A stretch of 64,000 bases of DNA from an uncultured Candidatus Binatia bacterium (GTDB lineage: Bacteria > Desulfobacterota > Binatia > UBA9968 > JAJDTQ01), in NCBI GenBank assembly GCA_965242525.1, contig OZ251459.1, positions 800,001-864,000 on the forward strand, in the 5' to 3' direction. Shown here piece after piece: positions 1-12,491 of the stretch. The first letter of the stretch is position 1. The number at the start of each line of letters is the position of its first letter. The notes under the pieces are model-generated. The model did no database searches and was not told the origin of the DNA. It was given only the letters and a program-made list of their open reading frames with translations. The translations under genes were made by a program, and so were the position numbers.

Positions 1-573
1 GAGGAGGCCGACCGCCTGGGCTGCTGCCTGGGCATCCACGGCGGCGCCCACGAGAACCTCGGCATGGACGACCTGCACCCGTATGCCCCGGTCCACGCCC
101 TGGGCCATCCCTTCGGACAGATGATCTCCTTCGGCGGCATCGTCTTCAACGGCATCTACGACAAGTACCCCAACGTGCGCATCGGTTTCCTGGAGGGCGG
201 GGTGGCTTGGCTGCTCATGTGCCTGGAGCGCTTCGACCGTTCCTACGAGACCCACATCCAGCACGACCCCCGGGGCGAGTTCCTGCAGCTCCGGGAAGGC
301 GAGAGCGTCAGCCAGTACGTGAAGCGGCACATCAGGGAAGGGCGCATCTTCGTGGGCTGCGAGGGGCACGAGCCGGACCTGGCCCACGCCATCGAGACCG
401 TGGGGAACGAGCCCTGGGTCTATTCCTCGGACTTCCCCCACGAAGTCAACAACGAGTTCTGCAAGGAAGAGCTGGGCGAGGTCATGGACAGCGGGGACCT
501 CACCGAAGAGGACAAGACCGCGGTGCTGTCCCGCAACGCGGAGCGTTTCTACAACCTGCCCGCGGGGCTGTAG
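1..573 (+). CDS. Amidohydrolase_2 family protein, 5'-truncated by the window edge
   Basis: Frame is open from the window start; motifs FLEGGVAWL, YSSDFPH and C-terminal NAERFY. Confidence 0.85.
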   Translation, partial: EEADRLGCCLGIHGGAHENLGMDDLHPYAPVHALGHPFGQMISFGGIVFNGIYDKYPNVRIGFLEGGVAWLLMCLERFDRSYETHIQHDPRGEFLQLREGESVSQYVKRHIREGRIFVGCEGHEPDLAHAIETVGNEPWVYSSDFPHEVNNEFCKEELGEVMDSGDLTEEDKTAVLSRNAERFYNLPAGL

Positions 574-610
574 GCCCGTAGCGGCCCGGGAGTGGGGGAG
601 GCCGCGGGAC

Positions 611-856
611 TCACCGGTCCTGGAGGATCTTCTCTAGCTCCTTCCGCTCCGCGTCGGTGATGCCGCCCGGGCTCGGGGGCGGGGACTCCTCCGGGGCCGG
701 GCGCCGGGTGAAGTCGATGCCGTCGAACCGGAAGGTTGCGAGGCCCACGATCTCGTCCCGATAGAGCCACCCGAGGATCACCGCCAGTATGACGAGGGGG
801 ATGAGCAGCCAGCTTCGGCGGCTCTTCTTCTTGCGCGTTCGTCGTTTCGCAGCCAT
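611..856 (-). CDS. Small hypothetical single-pass membrane protein
   Basis: Basic N-terminus (KRRTRKKKSRR) followed by one hydrophobic helix; fills the gap after the oxidoreductase. Confidence 0.6.
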   Translation of the reverse strand: MAAKRRTRKKKSRRSWLLIPLVILAVILGWLYRDEIVGLATFRFDGIDFTRRPAPEESPPPSPGGITDAERKELEKILQDR

Positions 857-878
857 TCCGTGAAGTCGCGCCCGGAGG

Positions 879-1814
879 TCAGTCCGTCAGCAGCGCCAGC
901 TTCCCTCTGGCATGGCCTTGCCGGCTGAGCTCGTGGGCCTTGCGGACCTCCCCAAGGGGGAACGCGGCGTCCACGTGGACCCGGAGGCGTCCGGCCTCCG
1001 CCAGTTCCGCGATCTCCCGAAGCTGGGTCCGGTCGGCGCGCACCGAGACGTGCTGCGCCCGAACCCCGCGGGCCGAAGCCTCATCTTCCCGCGGCCTCCC
1101 CCGGATGGAGGCCAGCGCGCCGCCGCGTTCGAGGACGCTCCAGGAGCGTTCCTGGGTCTCGCCGCCCACGCCGTCCAGCACCACGTCCACTTCCCCCGCC
1201 TCGTCCTCGAACCGGGTCTCGCGGTAGTCGATGAAGCCATCGACCCCCAGCTCGCGCAGGAACTCCCGGTTGCGGGCCGACGCCGTGCCGATGACGCGGG
1301 CGCCTTTCCACTTGGCGATCTGGACCGCCAGGTGGCCGACGCCCCCCGCGGCCGCGTGGATCAGGACCGTCTGTCCGGCCTTTAGGTCCGCGGCGTCGAA
1401 CAGGGCCTGCCACGCGGTCAGGGCCGCCAGCGGCAGCCCGGCCGCCTGCGGGTGGTCCAGGGGACCGGGCTTGGCCACGAGGTCCGCCACTGGCGCGGCC
1501 ACGTATTCCGCGTAGCCGCCGCCTCCCCAGGGCCACCGCACCATGCCGCAGACGGAGTCGCCGGTCTCGAACTCCGACACCCCGGGCCCCAGCGCCTCGA
1601 CCACGCCCGACACGTCCCACCCCGGAATGAAGGGGAACGGGTCCTCGAGCCGCTGCGCGATGGCCTCGCCCGCGCAGGTCTTCCAGTCCACGGGGTTCAC
1701 TCCCGCGGCGTGGATGCGCACCAGAACCTCGCCTTCCCCCGGCGCGGGCATCGGCGCGTCTTCGACCCTGAGGCTGTCGAGCCCGCCGAACTCGTGTATC
1801 CGTACCGCCTTCAT
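879..1814 (-). CDS. NADP-dependent oxidoreductase (MDR / quinone oxidoreductase family)
   Basis: MKAVRIHEFGG start, AAGVNPVDWK, IPGWDVSG, HAAAGGVG, GHARGK. Confidence 0.92.
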   Translation of the reverse strand: MKAVRIHEFGGLDSLRVEDAPMPAPGEGEVLVRIHAAGVNPVDWKTCAGEAIAQRLEDPFPFIPGWDVSGVVEALGPGVSEFETGDSVCGMVRWPWGGGGYAEYVAAPVADLVAKPGPLDHPQAAGLPLAALTAWQALFDAADLKAGQTVLIHAAAGGVGHLAVQIAKWKGARVIGTASARNREFLRELGVDGFIDYRETRFEDEAGEVDVVLDGVGGETQERSWSVLERGGALASIRGRPREDEASARGVRAQHVSVRADRTQLREIAELAEAGRLRVHVDAAFPLGEVRKAHELSRQGHARGKLALLTD

Positions 1815-1829
1815 GGTATTCCGGAACTC

Positions 1830-1962
1830 GGAACCTCTGAACGATCGAGACGGAGGCAAGAGCCCGTCCTTCGACTCCGCTTCGCTACGCTCAGGACGAA
1901 CGGGGACAGGACGGTCAGAGTGAGGGAATCCATCCCGGATTTCCCGATCGTTCAGATGTTCC
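1830..1962. mobile_element. MITE-like element, family A, complete copy
   Basis: 21-bp terminal inverted repeats GGAACCTCTGAACGATCGAGA / TCCCGATCGTTCAGATGTTCC enclosing the core GTCCTTCGACTCCGCTTCGCTACGCTCAGGACGAACGG. Confidence 0.75.
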
Positions 1963-2092
1963 TTCCACTATTGCCCGTAAGGGGCGTCCTTGGCAAGCCG
2001 ACGCCGGCGACCCGGGCGCCGGACCACTCCCGGCGCCGCGTCAGGACCGGCTCTCCTCGTCCCGGTCGAACATGCGCCGGCGCCGGGCGCGC

Positions 2093-3418
2093 TCAGTGCG
2101 CCCGGCAGGTCCAGTCCCGGCCGCCCCACAGGTCGGCGCCGCCCACGATGGCGTCCGCGGCGTCCAGGGTCATGGGGTCGAAGGCCGACACCACCGGGGC
2201 GCCCGGGTAGTTGAGGACCGGGAGCCGTTCGTACGCGCCCACCACCCGATCCGCGGCCGGCAACTCCAGGGCGCGGTCGCGGCTGCCGGTGCTCACCACC
2301 GCGTCCGCGGCTTCGTCGTAGAACAGGAGCGGCGAGTCCGCGCCGTCCTTGCCGCCGTACTCGTAGGTGACCAGCACGGTCTTGATGCCCCGCTGCTCGC
2401 AGGCGCGCACGGTCAGCATCACCTCCAGGAAGGCGTTGCCGGAGCCGAGCCACGTGAGCAGCGCGGCTTCCGCTCCCAGGGCATGGGCCACTTGCGCCGC
2501 GTTGTGGGCGGCCACTTCCTTTTCCCGGAAGCTCTCGAAGCGTATGCGCTGCAGGATGACGCCGGCGAAGTCGAGCCGGCGGCCGTGCTCCCGGGACAGT
2601 TGCAGGCACAGGGGCTGGTTCTGCCAGTCCCAGGTGGTGGGGTAGTAGGCCACGGTCTTCAGGGTGTTGCCGGTGACGGCGCCGTCGAGCAGCTCGTTGG
2701 GATGGACCACGGTGGAAAGGGACTCGCGCACCGGCAGTCCGTAGTACCCCAACCCCGAAGGCAGGTGCTCCGACTCGGTGATGCAGCCCACGATCACCAC
2801 CGCCCTGGGCAGGCCCGGGTTGCCGTGGGCCGCGCCGTGGGTGTCGATGCCCGCGGGCTCCGCGGCGAGGGTCGCCTCGGCAAGCCTCTGGGCCACCCGG
2901 TACTCCGCGGCCTGTATGGCTTGGTGGGCCTCGGCCTCCACGAGGCCCGGGGGGAGCCGCAAGGTCAGGACCAGGCCCGGCAACCGGCTGAACCCCGTCA
3001 ACTCCGCCCCTGGCCCCCACATGTCGAGCATGGCGCTCCGCTGGGAAGTGGTGCCGGTGCGGATGACGCCCTCGTACTCGGCGGTGGTGATGAGGGTCAT
3101 GCCCGACAGCCGGTGGGTGCGGCCGGCGCCCACGGGGACCACCGGATTGGTGACCCCCGGGAACACCTGGCCGGGGCCGTGGACCTTGACCCGGGGCTCG
3201 GCCACGTCCCGGACGCCGGTGACGCGGACGCGCTCCCCGGGCCGCACCGAGTCGAGCCGGGCGGAGAGTATCCGGGGGTCCTGCGAAGCGACCGCCGCCA
3301 GCTCCGCTTCGTCCGCTTCCAATGTGCGGCCGGCGTACCGCAACGGGCCGCCCAACCGAATCTCGTCCACCGGGAAGTGGGCCAGCTCCAGCGGGCCGGC
3401 GCGTCCGCCGCGGCTCAT
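2093..3418 (-). CDS. Glycine/sarcosine/betaine reductase component B subunit (GrdE/GrdI-like)
   Basis: DVAEPRVKV, VGAGRTHRLSG, LDMWGPGA, HPNELLDGAV, QNQP, EQRGIKTV, DAVVSTG; start overlaps the upstream gene's stop (ATGA). Confidence 0.88.
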   Translation of the reverse strand: MSRGGRAGPLELAHFPVDEIRLGGPLRYAGRTLEADEAELAAVASQDPRILSARLDSVRPGERVRVTGVRDVAEPRVKVHGPGQVFPGVTNPVVPVGAGRTHRLSGMTLITTAEYEGVIRTGTTSQRSAMLDMWGPGAELTGFSRLPGLVLTLRLPPGLVEAEAHQAIQAAEYRVAQRLAEATLAAEPAGIDTHGAAHGNPGLPRAVVIVGCITESEHLPSGLGYYGLPVRESLSTVVHPNELLDGAVTGNTLKTVAYYPTTWDWQNQPLCLQLSREHGRRLDFAGVILQRIRFESFREKEVAAHNAAQVAHALGAEAALLTWLGSGNAFLEVMLTVRACEQRGIKTVLVTYEYGGKDGADSPLLFYDEAADAVVSTGSRDRALELPAADRVVGAYERLPVLNYPGAPVVSAFDPMTLDAADAIVGGADLWGGRDWTCRAH

Positions 3419-4743
3419 GGCGCGGGGTCCGGGGTGAACACGGTGCTCTCCCGCACCTCTTCCCCGAGGGCCTTCAGGGCGGTCTCGACGATGGACTTGC
3501 GCAGTTTCTCGTCCACCTCCGGCGGCAGGCCCGGGTCGCCGCAGGGATGGGGGATCTTGACGCCCTTGACGATGCGGCTGGCGCCCACCTGCTCGGCCAG
3601 GGGGAACATGGCGCTGATCATCGACACGGGCACGCCGGCACGGTCCAGTTCCTTGCTGATCACAGCTCCGCTGCGACTGCACGTGCCTCACGTGCTCACC
3701 AACAGCGCCGCGTCCACGCTGTTGGCCTTGAGCTCCGCGGCGATCTCCCGGCCTACCCGCCGCATGGCCGAGGGCGACCCCTGGTTGCCGGGGATGACGT
3801 AGTAGGCGGGGTAGAGGTCGTCGTACTTCCCCTCCCGCTGCAACTCCCGCAGGGCGTCCAGGGGGACGCCGTAGAGGGGGTTGGCGTTCATGTGGGCCAC
3901 GTTGTAGCCGCCGTGGACCGCCTCCCACACGCCGGGGTCCATGGTCTTCAGCTCGGCCACCGGATACTTGCGCCAGAAGGTGTTGCGGAACGTCTTGAAG
4001 CCGTCCGGGTTGCCCCAGGGCACCACGCCGCTGGTGGTCACCAGCGCCACCCGCGCCTTGTCCACGTGCCGGACCGCGGCCGCGGGCGCCACCCGGTCCC
4101 AGGTCTGCATGGGGATCTCGGTGGCGAAGGGCCGGCCCTGGAGCTTGTCGAAGAGCATGTCCAGGGCCCGCTCGGCCCCGGTCCGGCCGGCCCGCTCCTG
4201 CACCCGGATGCCCCGGGGCAGGTAGCCCTCGTCCGCGGCGGCGCCCATGGGTTCGCCCCGCAGCAGCTTGAGGACGAACCGGCCCAGGCGGTCGAGGGCT
4301 TGGCCCATGCCCGCGGCGGTCTCCGCGGTGGGCAGCAGGAAGAGCCTCGGGTCGTGGAGCTCCCGGTAGGCGTCCACCGCGGGGTTGTCCGGGTGCATGG
4401 CGGTCACGCACGCGCAACCGAGTTCGGCCGCGGCCGCATGGCCCGCCTCCACGCAGGCCAGACCGTAACGGCCGGCGCCGAACGCCGGCCCGAGCATCAC
4501 CACGTGGGGATCCACCGCGGCCAGCTCCCGCAAGAGGACGGCCTTGGCCTCGTCGGGCCGTTGATGGAAATAGTCGTCGCCGAAATAGAGGGTGGGAGCC
4601 ACTTCGGCCCGGTCCTGCAACAGCCGCTGCAACCCGCGGGACGGCCCGGCAAGGGCCGCGAGTTTCCCTGCGGCAACGTCCGCCCGGTCCTCGCCGCCGA
4701 TTCCGGCAAAGAACTGGTTGACCACGTGCGCCACACGTTTCAT
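3415..4743 (-). CDS. Glycine/betaine/sarcosine reductase family selenoprotein B (GrdB/GrdH-like), Sec at UGA 3688-3690
   Basis: VNQFFAGIGGED, GPAFGAGRYG, ALVTTSGVVP, HGGY; reading through the TGA gives LVST-U-GTCSRSGA and joins the 3415..3663 ORF (IPHPCGDP) in frame. Confidence 0.93.
3637..3687 (-). promoter_or_regulatory. Putative bacterial SECIS element
   Basis: 17-nt hairpin TCGCAGC-GGA-GCTGTGA begins after an 11-nt spacer following the UGA; outer stem GGCACG/CGTGCC. Confidence 0.8.
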
Positions 4744-4938
4744 GGTCGGCCTCCTTGGCGTGCTGTTTCGCGTTCCACCGGAACACGGTAGCGAAGACCC
4801 GGATTCCGCGCAAGCGTTGCTCGTGCCCGGAACAAGCCGGGGCGGCTGGCCGGCTCCGCGCACGAGCCGGCCACGGAAGGGCCGAAGAGCACAGCAAGGG
4901 TCGTCCCGGTTGACGAAGCACCGCCCCCAAGTTATGGA

Positions 4939-5140
4939 AGAAACCCTGAACGATCGGGACAAGAGGGCATGAGCGCGTCCTTCGACTCCGCTTCGCTACG
5001 CTCAGGACGAACGGGGATAGGACGCTTCACTACGCCCGGGACGAACGGGGATAGGACGCTTCACTACGCCCGGGACGAATGGGGACGGGAGGGTCAGGGG
5101 AAGGGAACCCATCCTCGATGTCTCGATGGTCAGGCGTTCC
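4939..5140. mobile_element. MITE-like element, family A, with an internal 34-bp tandem repeat (about 3 copies, 4989-5085)
   Basis: Ends AAACCCTGAACGATCGGGA / TCTCGATGGTCAGGCGTTCC; unit CGCTTCRCTACGCYCRGGACGAACGGGGATAGGA. Confidence 0.7.
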
Positions 5141-5153
5141 GGAAATATCCAGC

Positions 5154-5240
5154 GCCGGGATGGTGGAACAGGTAGACACGCGGGACTTAAAATCCCGCGG
5201 GCGCAAGCCCGTGCCGGTTCAAGTCCGGCTCCCGGCACCA
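5154..5240 (+). tRNA. tRNA-Leu(TAA)
   Basis: GCCGGGA/TCCCGGC acceptor stem, anticodon arm CGGGA-CTTAAAA-TCCCG, long variable arm, GTTCAA T-loop, encoded CCA. Confidence 0.97.
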
Positions 5241-5366
5241 GCGCGGCGGCATCGATCTGGCACATGGACTCCGGTTCCTGCCCCAGCGCCGAAGGAAACT
5301 CTGAACAACCACTCCCCCGCACGCATGTGGATAGACCGGAGGCAAATGCCTGCACCGGCGCCCGAA

Positions 5367-5430
5367 GGAAACCCCGGACAACCACCCCGTTCGTCCTGAG
5401 CGTAGCGAAGCGAAGTCGAAGGACGCGCTT
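5367..5430. repeat. Family A repeat with inverted core; left-end motif also present near 5294
   Basis: GGAAACCCCGGACAA...CCGTTCGTCCTGAGCGTAGCGAAGCGAAGTCGAAGGACG. Confidence 0.75.
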
Positions 5431-5490
5431 TCCCGAGGGAGACCCGGCATCGATCGAACGTCCCCGAAGACGCCCGGTCGGTTCACGCCC

Positions 5491-6603
5491 TCAGCGCTGG
5501 GTCAGCGGCACGTTGCCGAACTTCTCGCGGATCTCCCGGGCGATGTGCTCCAGGGCCTGTTCGCGTCTGTCGTAGAGACGCTTCAGCGGGCGCGGCGGGT
5601 GTCGGTGGATGGCGTAGGCGGTCATCAGCGGCAGGGCGATGGTGCTGTCCACGTAGCACACCACGGAGTCGGGAAGCCGGTCGGGGTCGACCTTGCCCCA
5701 GCTCACCGCCTCCGCGGGCGTGGCCCCGGAAAGGCCCCCCGTGTCCACCCGCGCATCGGTGATCTGGACGAAGTAGTCGAAGCCCTTCTCCTCCAGCCCC
5801 AGCACCTCCTGGATGTGGGGCTCGGTCTGGAGCAGGAAGTTCTTGGGGGACCCGCCGCCGAGTATGACCGCGGCGCTCCGTCCTCCGGCGCGCTTGGCCT
5901 CCAGCACCAGGGCCGCGGACTCGTTCACGTCCCGGGACACGTCGAAGCGCAGCCCGTTGCCCTTGAGGGCCAGGGCGGCCACGTTCATGCCGATGGAGCT
6001 GTCGCCGGGCGACGACGTATAGACGGGCACCCCGCTGCGGTAGGCCGCGGCCAGCAGCGAGCGCCGTTCGAGCCCCAGGACCTGCTCCCGCTCGTGGAGG
6101 TACCGGCCCACCCGGTAGTGCATCTCCGCGGTCCCCATCTCCTTCTGGAACTCCGGGGCCTTCAGGACCTCGCGGAAGAAGTCGTCGGTGGAGATGAGCA
6201 CATCGTAGTCGAAGAAGATGTCGTAGATGCGCACCACGCCCTGTTCCCGCAGGTCCACGTCGTCGGCGTCGGGCTGGCCCCGGTGCATGGACAGGCCGAT
6301 GGCGAAGTGGGTGTCGTGGTACAGGTTCGCTCCGGTGCTGACGATCCAATCCACGAAGCCGTTCTCGATCAGCGGGATGAACGCGGTCATGCCGAGGCCG
6401 GCGGGCGTGAGCGCGCCGGTGATGCTCAGCCCCACGGTGACGTCGTCCGCCAGGATCTTCCGGGCGAAGAGTTGGCACGCCTCGCGCAGTCGTCCGCTGT
6501 TGTAGGAGACGAAGTTCTCGTCGATGAGGCCGGCGATGGTGGTGGCGGCGTCGATGGGCCTGGGGTCGATCTTCCGGCCCGAAAGGAGCGAGGGTTTGCT
6601 CAT
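5491..6603 (-). CDS. Deoxyhypusine synthase-like protein (probable homospermidine synthase type)
   Basis: [50 protein letters not shown] with the catalytic Lys. Confidence 0.92.
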   Translation of the reverse strand: MSKPSLLSGRKIDPRPIDAATTIAGLIDENFVSYNSGRLREACQLFARKILADDVTVGLSITGALTPAGLGMTAFIPLIENGFVDWIVSTGANLYHDTHFAIGLSMHRGQPDADDVDLREQGVVRIYDIFFDYDVLISTDDFFREVLKAPEFQKEMGTAEMHYRVGRYLHEREQVLGLERRSLLAAAYRSGVPVYTSSPGDSSIGMNVAALALKGNGLRFDVSRDVNESAALVLEAKRAGGRSAAVILGGGSPKNFLLQTEPHIQEVLGLEEKGFDYFVQITDARVDTGGLSGATPAEAVSWGKVDPDRLPDSVVCYVDSTIALPLMTAYAIHRHPPRPLKRLYDRREQALEHIAREIREKFGNVPLTQR

Positions 6604-7385
6604 GGCCGTTCCGGTCGGAGGACTTGGGGGGCCGACGCCCGGGCCTGCTCCAGCTTGCGCCGCCGGATTTGCAGGTAGGCGTTCCGCGCCGCGCCGTAGG
6701 GGTCGATGCTGCGCTCCAACTGCTCGAACGCTTCCCGGTTCAGGGCCCGGGCGTTCACGAGGCCGACGCCGCGGATGCTCAAGGGCACGTAGTAGGGAGT
6801 CAGCCACCTCATGGGGTTCATCAGGGAGTCCGCTACCGTTCCCACCCCGTCCCTTACGGTGGTCACCGGCAGCAGCGGCAGCACCAGGTAGGCGCCGTGG
6901 CCGAGGCCGTACAGGCCCAGGGTGGCGCCCATGTCCTGGTCGTCGGTCTCCAGTCCCAACCTCTCGGCCATGTCGAAGAACCCGGCCACGCCCAGGGTGC
7001 TGTTGACCACGAAACGGGCCGCCTCCCGGCCGGCCCCCACGGGTTTCCCCTGCAGCACGTTGTTGACCACTTTCCTCACCACGTCGAGGTTGCCGATGGC
7101 GTTGCGGATCCCGTTCTGCACCGGCGTGGGGACCACCGCGGCATAGCCCCGGGCCACGGGCTTCAGCAGGATCCGGTCGAACCCCCGGTTGAACTCGAAC
7201 ATCCTGTCGTTGAACGGCTCCAGCGGGTCGTAGGGGGCGTCCCGGGTCGTCGGCGCCGCGAAGCTCGGCCTATCGCCGTCCGGCGCTTGCGCGCCCGTGT
7301 TCCCCGACCCGTCCTGGGAATAGGCCGGTTGCAGCAGGGCCAAGTGGAACAGCAGGAACAGGAGCGGTAGAATCGGGGTTCGCAT
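6600..7385 (-). CDS. mlaA: VacJ/MlaA family protein
   Basis: [55 protein letters not shown]. Confidence 0.88.
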   Translation of the reverse strand: MRTPILPLLFLLFHLALLQPAYSQDGSGNTGAQAPDGDRPSFAAPTTRDAPYDPLEPFNDRMFEFNRGFDRILLKPVARGYAAVVPTPVQNGIRNAIGNLDVVRKVVNNVLQGKPVGAGREAARFVVNSTLGVAGFFDMAERLGLETDDQDMGATLGLYGLGHGAYLVLPLLPVTTVRDGVGTVADSLMNPMRWLTPYYVPLSIRGVGLVNARALNREAFEQLERSIDPYGAARNAYLQIRRRKLEQARASAPQVLRPERP

Positions 7386-7452
7386 GGGTGTCGAGCGGTT
7401 CAAGGTTCCGCGCGGGATACCACCACAGCCCCGTGAAATCAACCGGCATCGT

Positions 7453-10610
<3,158 letters not shown>

Positions 10611-10614
<4 letters not shown>

Positions 10615-10793
10615 CGCGGTTCCTTACGGATACGGACGAACGGAATCTCGCGTCCGCGTCCGCGGCGATCGGGGATCTCGATTTCCGTTCCACGCGGGGC
10701 GTTTTCGACCAGCCACTTGCCCAGAGACTTGGGACGTGACTGCTCCTTCGTCTCCCGGACCTTGGGCGGGGAACACTTCGACGGTTTTCTCAT
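10611..10793 (-). pseudogene. Short ORF, probable C-terminal remnant of a Phd/YefM-type antitoxin
   Basis: LGKWLVENAPRGTEIEIPDR...REIPF resembles the tails of Phd-like proteins as recalled; stop overlaps the hsdR GTG. Confidence 0.4.
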
Positions 10794-10939
10794 TATGCTG
10801 AGCAATGTTACTCCGCATGGCGAGCAGCGCAACCATTCCGTTCCGACCATCCGATTTCCTCATCCCTTGAGGGGGAGGGTCAGCCGCCGTCCCTTCCTTT
10901 CGCATAGCTTCGGTGATGCCGGTCACCGCTCCTCTCCGG

Positions 10940-12148
10940 TCATGGTTTCAGCCAATCTCCAACCGGCTTCGACAGGAAAGTTTCCACGTCGATGCCGTCG
11001 CCGCCCACCAGCAGTTTCCGCGTCGGTCGAAACGCCTCGGAAAAAGCGCCCATGCCGGCCAGTGTGTCCGCGGCGCGTCCGCTCTTTACCTCGATGGCCA
11101 CCAGCCTGCCGCCGGCGCGCACGACGAAGTCCACCTCGCGGTTGCGCTCGCGCCAGTAATGGACAGCGCATTCGCCCACGGCCGCGGCATTGGCCAAGTG
11201 GGCGCCGATGGCCGACTCCACCAGCCGCCCCCAGAACGTGCGGTCTTCGCGGGCCTGTTCGAGGGTCGTTCCCGCCTGGGCGGTGATGAGGGCGGTGTTG
11301 AACACCTGGAGTTTGGGGCTCGACGCCCGTTGCCGCGCCGCGCCGCCGGAGTATTTCTGCAAGCCGGTGACCAGCCCCGCGCCGGACAGCATGTCGAGGT
11401 AGTGCGCCAACGTGGTGGCGTTGCCGGCGTCCTGAAGCTGCCCCAGCATCTTGTTGTAGGAAAGGATCTGGCCGGAATAGGCGCACCCCAACTCCAGCAC
11501 CCGGCGCAGCAAGGCGGGCTTGTCCACGCGGGAGAGGAGCAGCACGTCGCGGGAGATGATGGGTTCGATGAGCGAGTCGCGGACGTAGCGCGCCCAGCGG
11601 TCCGGCTGCCGGACCAGCGGCGCTGCCCCGGGATAGGCGCCGTAGAAGATGTACTGGTCGAGAGACCAGCCGAACGCCGCCCGCATCTCGACAAAGCTCC
11701 AGTGCGGCAGACGCAGCATCTCGAAACGCCCGGCCAGGCTCTCGCCCAGCCCGCGCTCCACCAGCAGGGGAGCGGAGCCAAGCAGGACCACCTTGAGCGG
11801 CCGGCCCGTGCGGGTGTCCGCATCCCACAGGCGCTTGACGGTCTCGGACCAGCCCGTGACCTTCTGCACTTCGTCGAGAACGAGGAGCGCCCCGTCCGCG
11901 TCCGCCTCGTCCGCGAGGCTCCGCGCCGCCTCCCACTGCTGCTCGATCCACTGGACCCCGCGCAAGGTCGGCTCGTCCGCGCTGGCATACCGCGTCGGCA
12001 GGCCGGATCGCCGCGCCGCCCGCTCCGCCAGCGTCGTCTTGCCCACCTGCCGCGACCCGGCAACCACCTGGATGAACCGCCGCGGCTCCCGCAGCCGCCC
12101 GGCCAACTCTTGGGTCTGTGGCCGGGAATAGGTTGACGATTTACTCAT
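10940..12148 (-). CDS. AAA+ ATPase (AAA_14 / DUF4143 type) with C-terminal PD-(D/E)XK-like domain
   Basis: GSRQVGKTT, LVLDEVQK, ESLAGR, GAYP, WRERNREVDFV...AIEVKS. Confidence 0.9.
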   Translation of the reverse strand: MSKSSTYSRPQTQELAGRLREPRRFIQVVAGSRQVGKTTLAERAARRSGLPTRYASADEPTLRGVQWIEQQWEAARSLADEADADGALLVLDEVQKVTGWSETVKRLWDADTRTGRPLKVVLLGSAPLLVERGLGESLAGRFEMLRLPHWSFVEMRAAFGWSLDQYIFYGAYPGAAPLVRQPDRWARYVRDSLIEPIISRDVLLLSRVDKPALLRRVLELGCAYSGQILSYNKMLGQLQDAGNATTLAHYLDMLSGAGLVTGLQKYSGGAARQRASSPKLQVFNTALITAQAGTTLEQAREDRTFWGRLVESAIGAHLANAAAVGECAVHYWRERNREVDFVVRAGGRLVAIEVKSGRAADTLAGMGAFSEAFRPTRKLLVGGDGIDVETFLSKPVGDWLKP

Positions 12149-12170
12149 TAGGTTGAGTAATTTTACTCAA
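12141..12170. promoter_or_regulatory. Three TTACTCA/TGAGTAA boxes over the ATPase start codon (putative operator)
   Basis: TTACTCA-TTAGGT-TGAGTAA-TT-TTACTCAA. Confidence 0.55.
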
Positions 12171-12351
12171 ACAGGTGGGAAGTTCAAGCCTCAGGGACAA
12201 CTTGAAGGCGGAACATGGGAACATGAGACCGCTGGCGGTTGCCTGCCCGGCATAGCTTCACCAGAAGCTACACGGTCTGCCTCCCTCGTCCCACGCCTGC
12301 TGCGGGTGCGCGGTCCATCTGGTAAACTGGCGAGGTTGAGATGGAAGACAA

Positions 12352-12477
12352 GGAAACTCGGAACAACGCCCCTCCCCCCGTTCGTCCTGAGCGTAGCGAA
12401 GCGAAGTCGAAGGACGCGCTTTTCCATAGGGAGAGGGAACGGGGAGGGAACTCAAGCCGGAATGGACCAGGAGTTCC
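12352..12477. mobile_element. MITE-like element, family A (inverted core)
   Basis: GGAAACTCGGAACAA left end, conserved core at about 12378-12416, degenerate right end CAGGAGTTCC. Confidence 0.7.
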
Positions 12478-12491
12478 ATAAGGAGGACGCC

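Noticed and set aside
3415-3663. Separate 82-aa gene, or a nonsense pseudogene
   Set aside because: Better explained as the post-Sec part of selenoprotein B, given the UxxC context and the hairpin
2093-4930. 945-aa ORF as a single protein
   Set aside because: Only the part from 3418 resembles a protein family; the upstream portion is an alternative frame of the selenoprotein gene
4989-5085. Possible CRISPR array (34-bp repeats)
   Set aside because: Units are contiguous with no unique spacers, derive from a dispersed repeat, and no cas genes are present
5491-6603. Hypusination of a translation factor
   Set aside because: Bacteria lack eIF5A and no efp gene is adjacent; polyamine synthesis is the simpler reading
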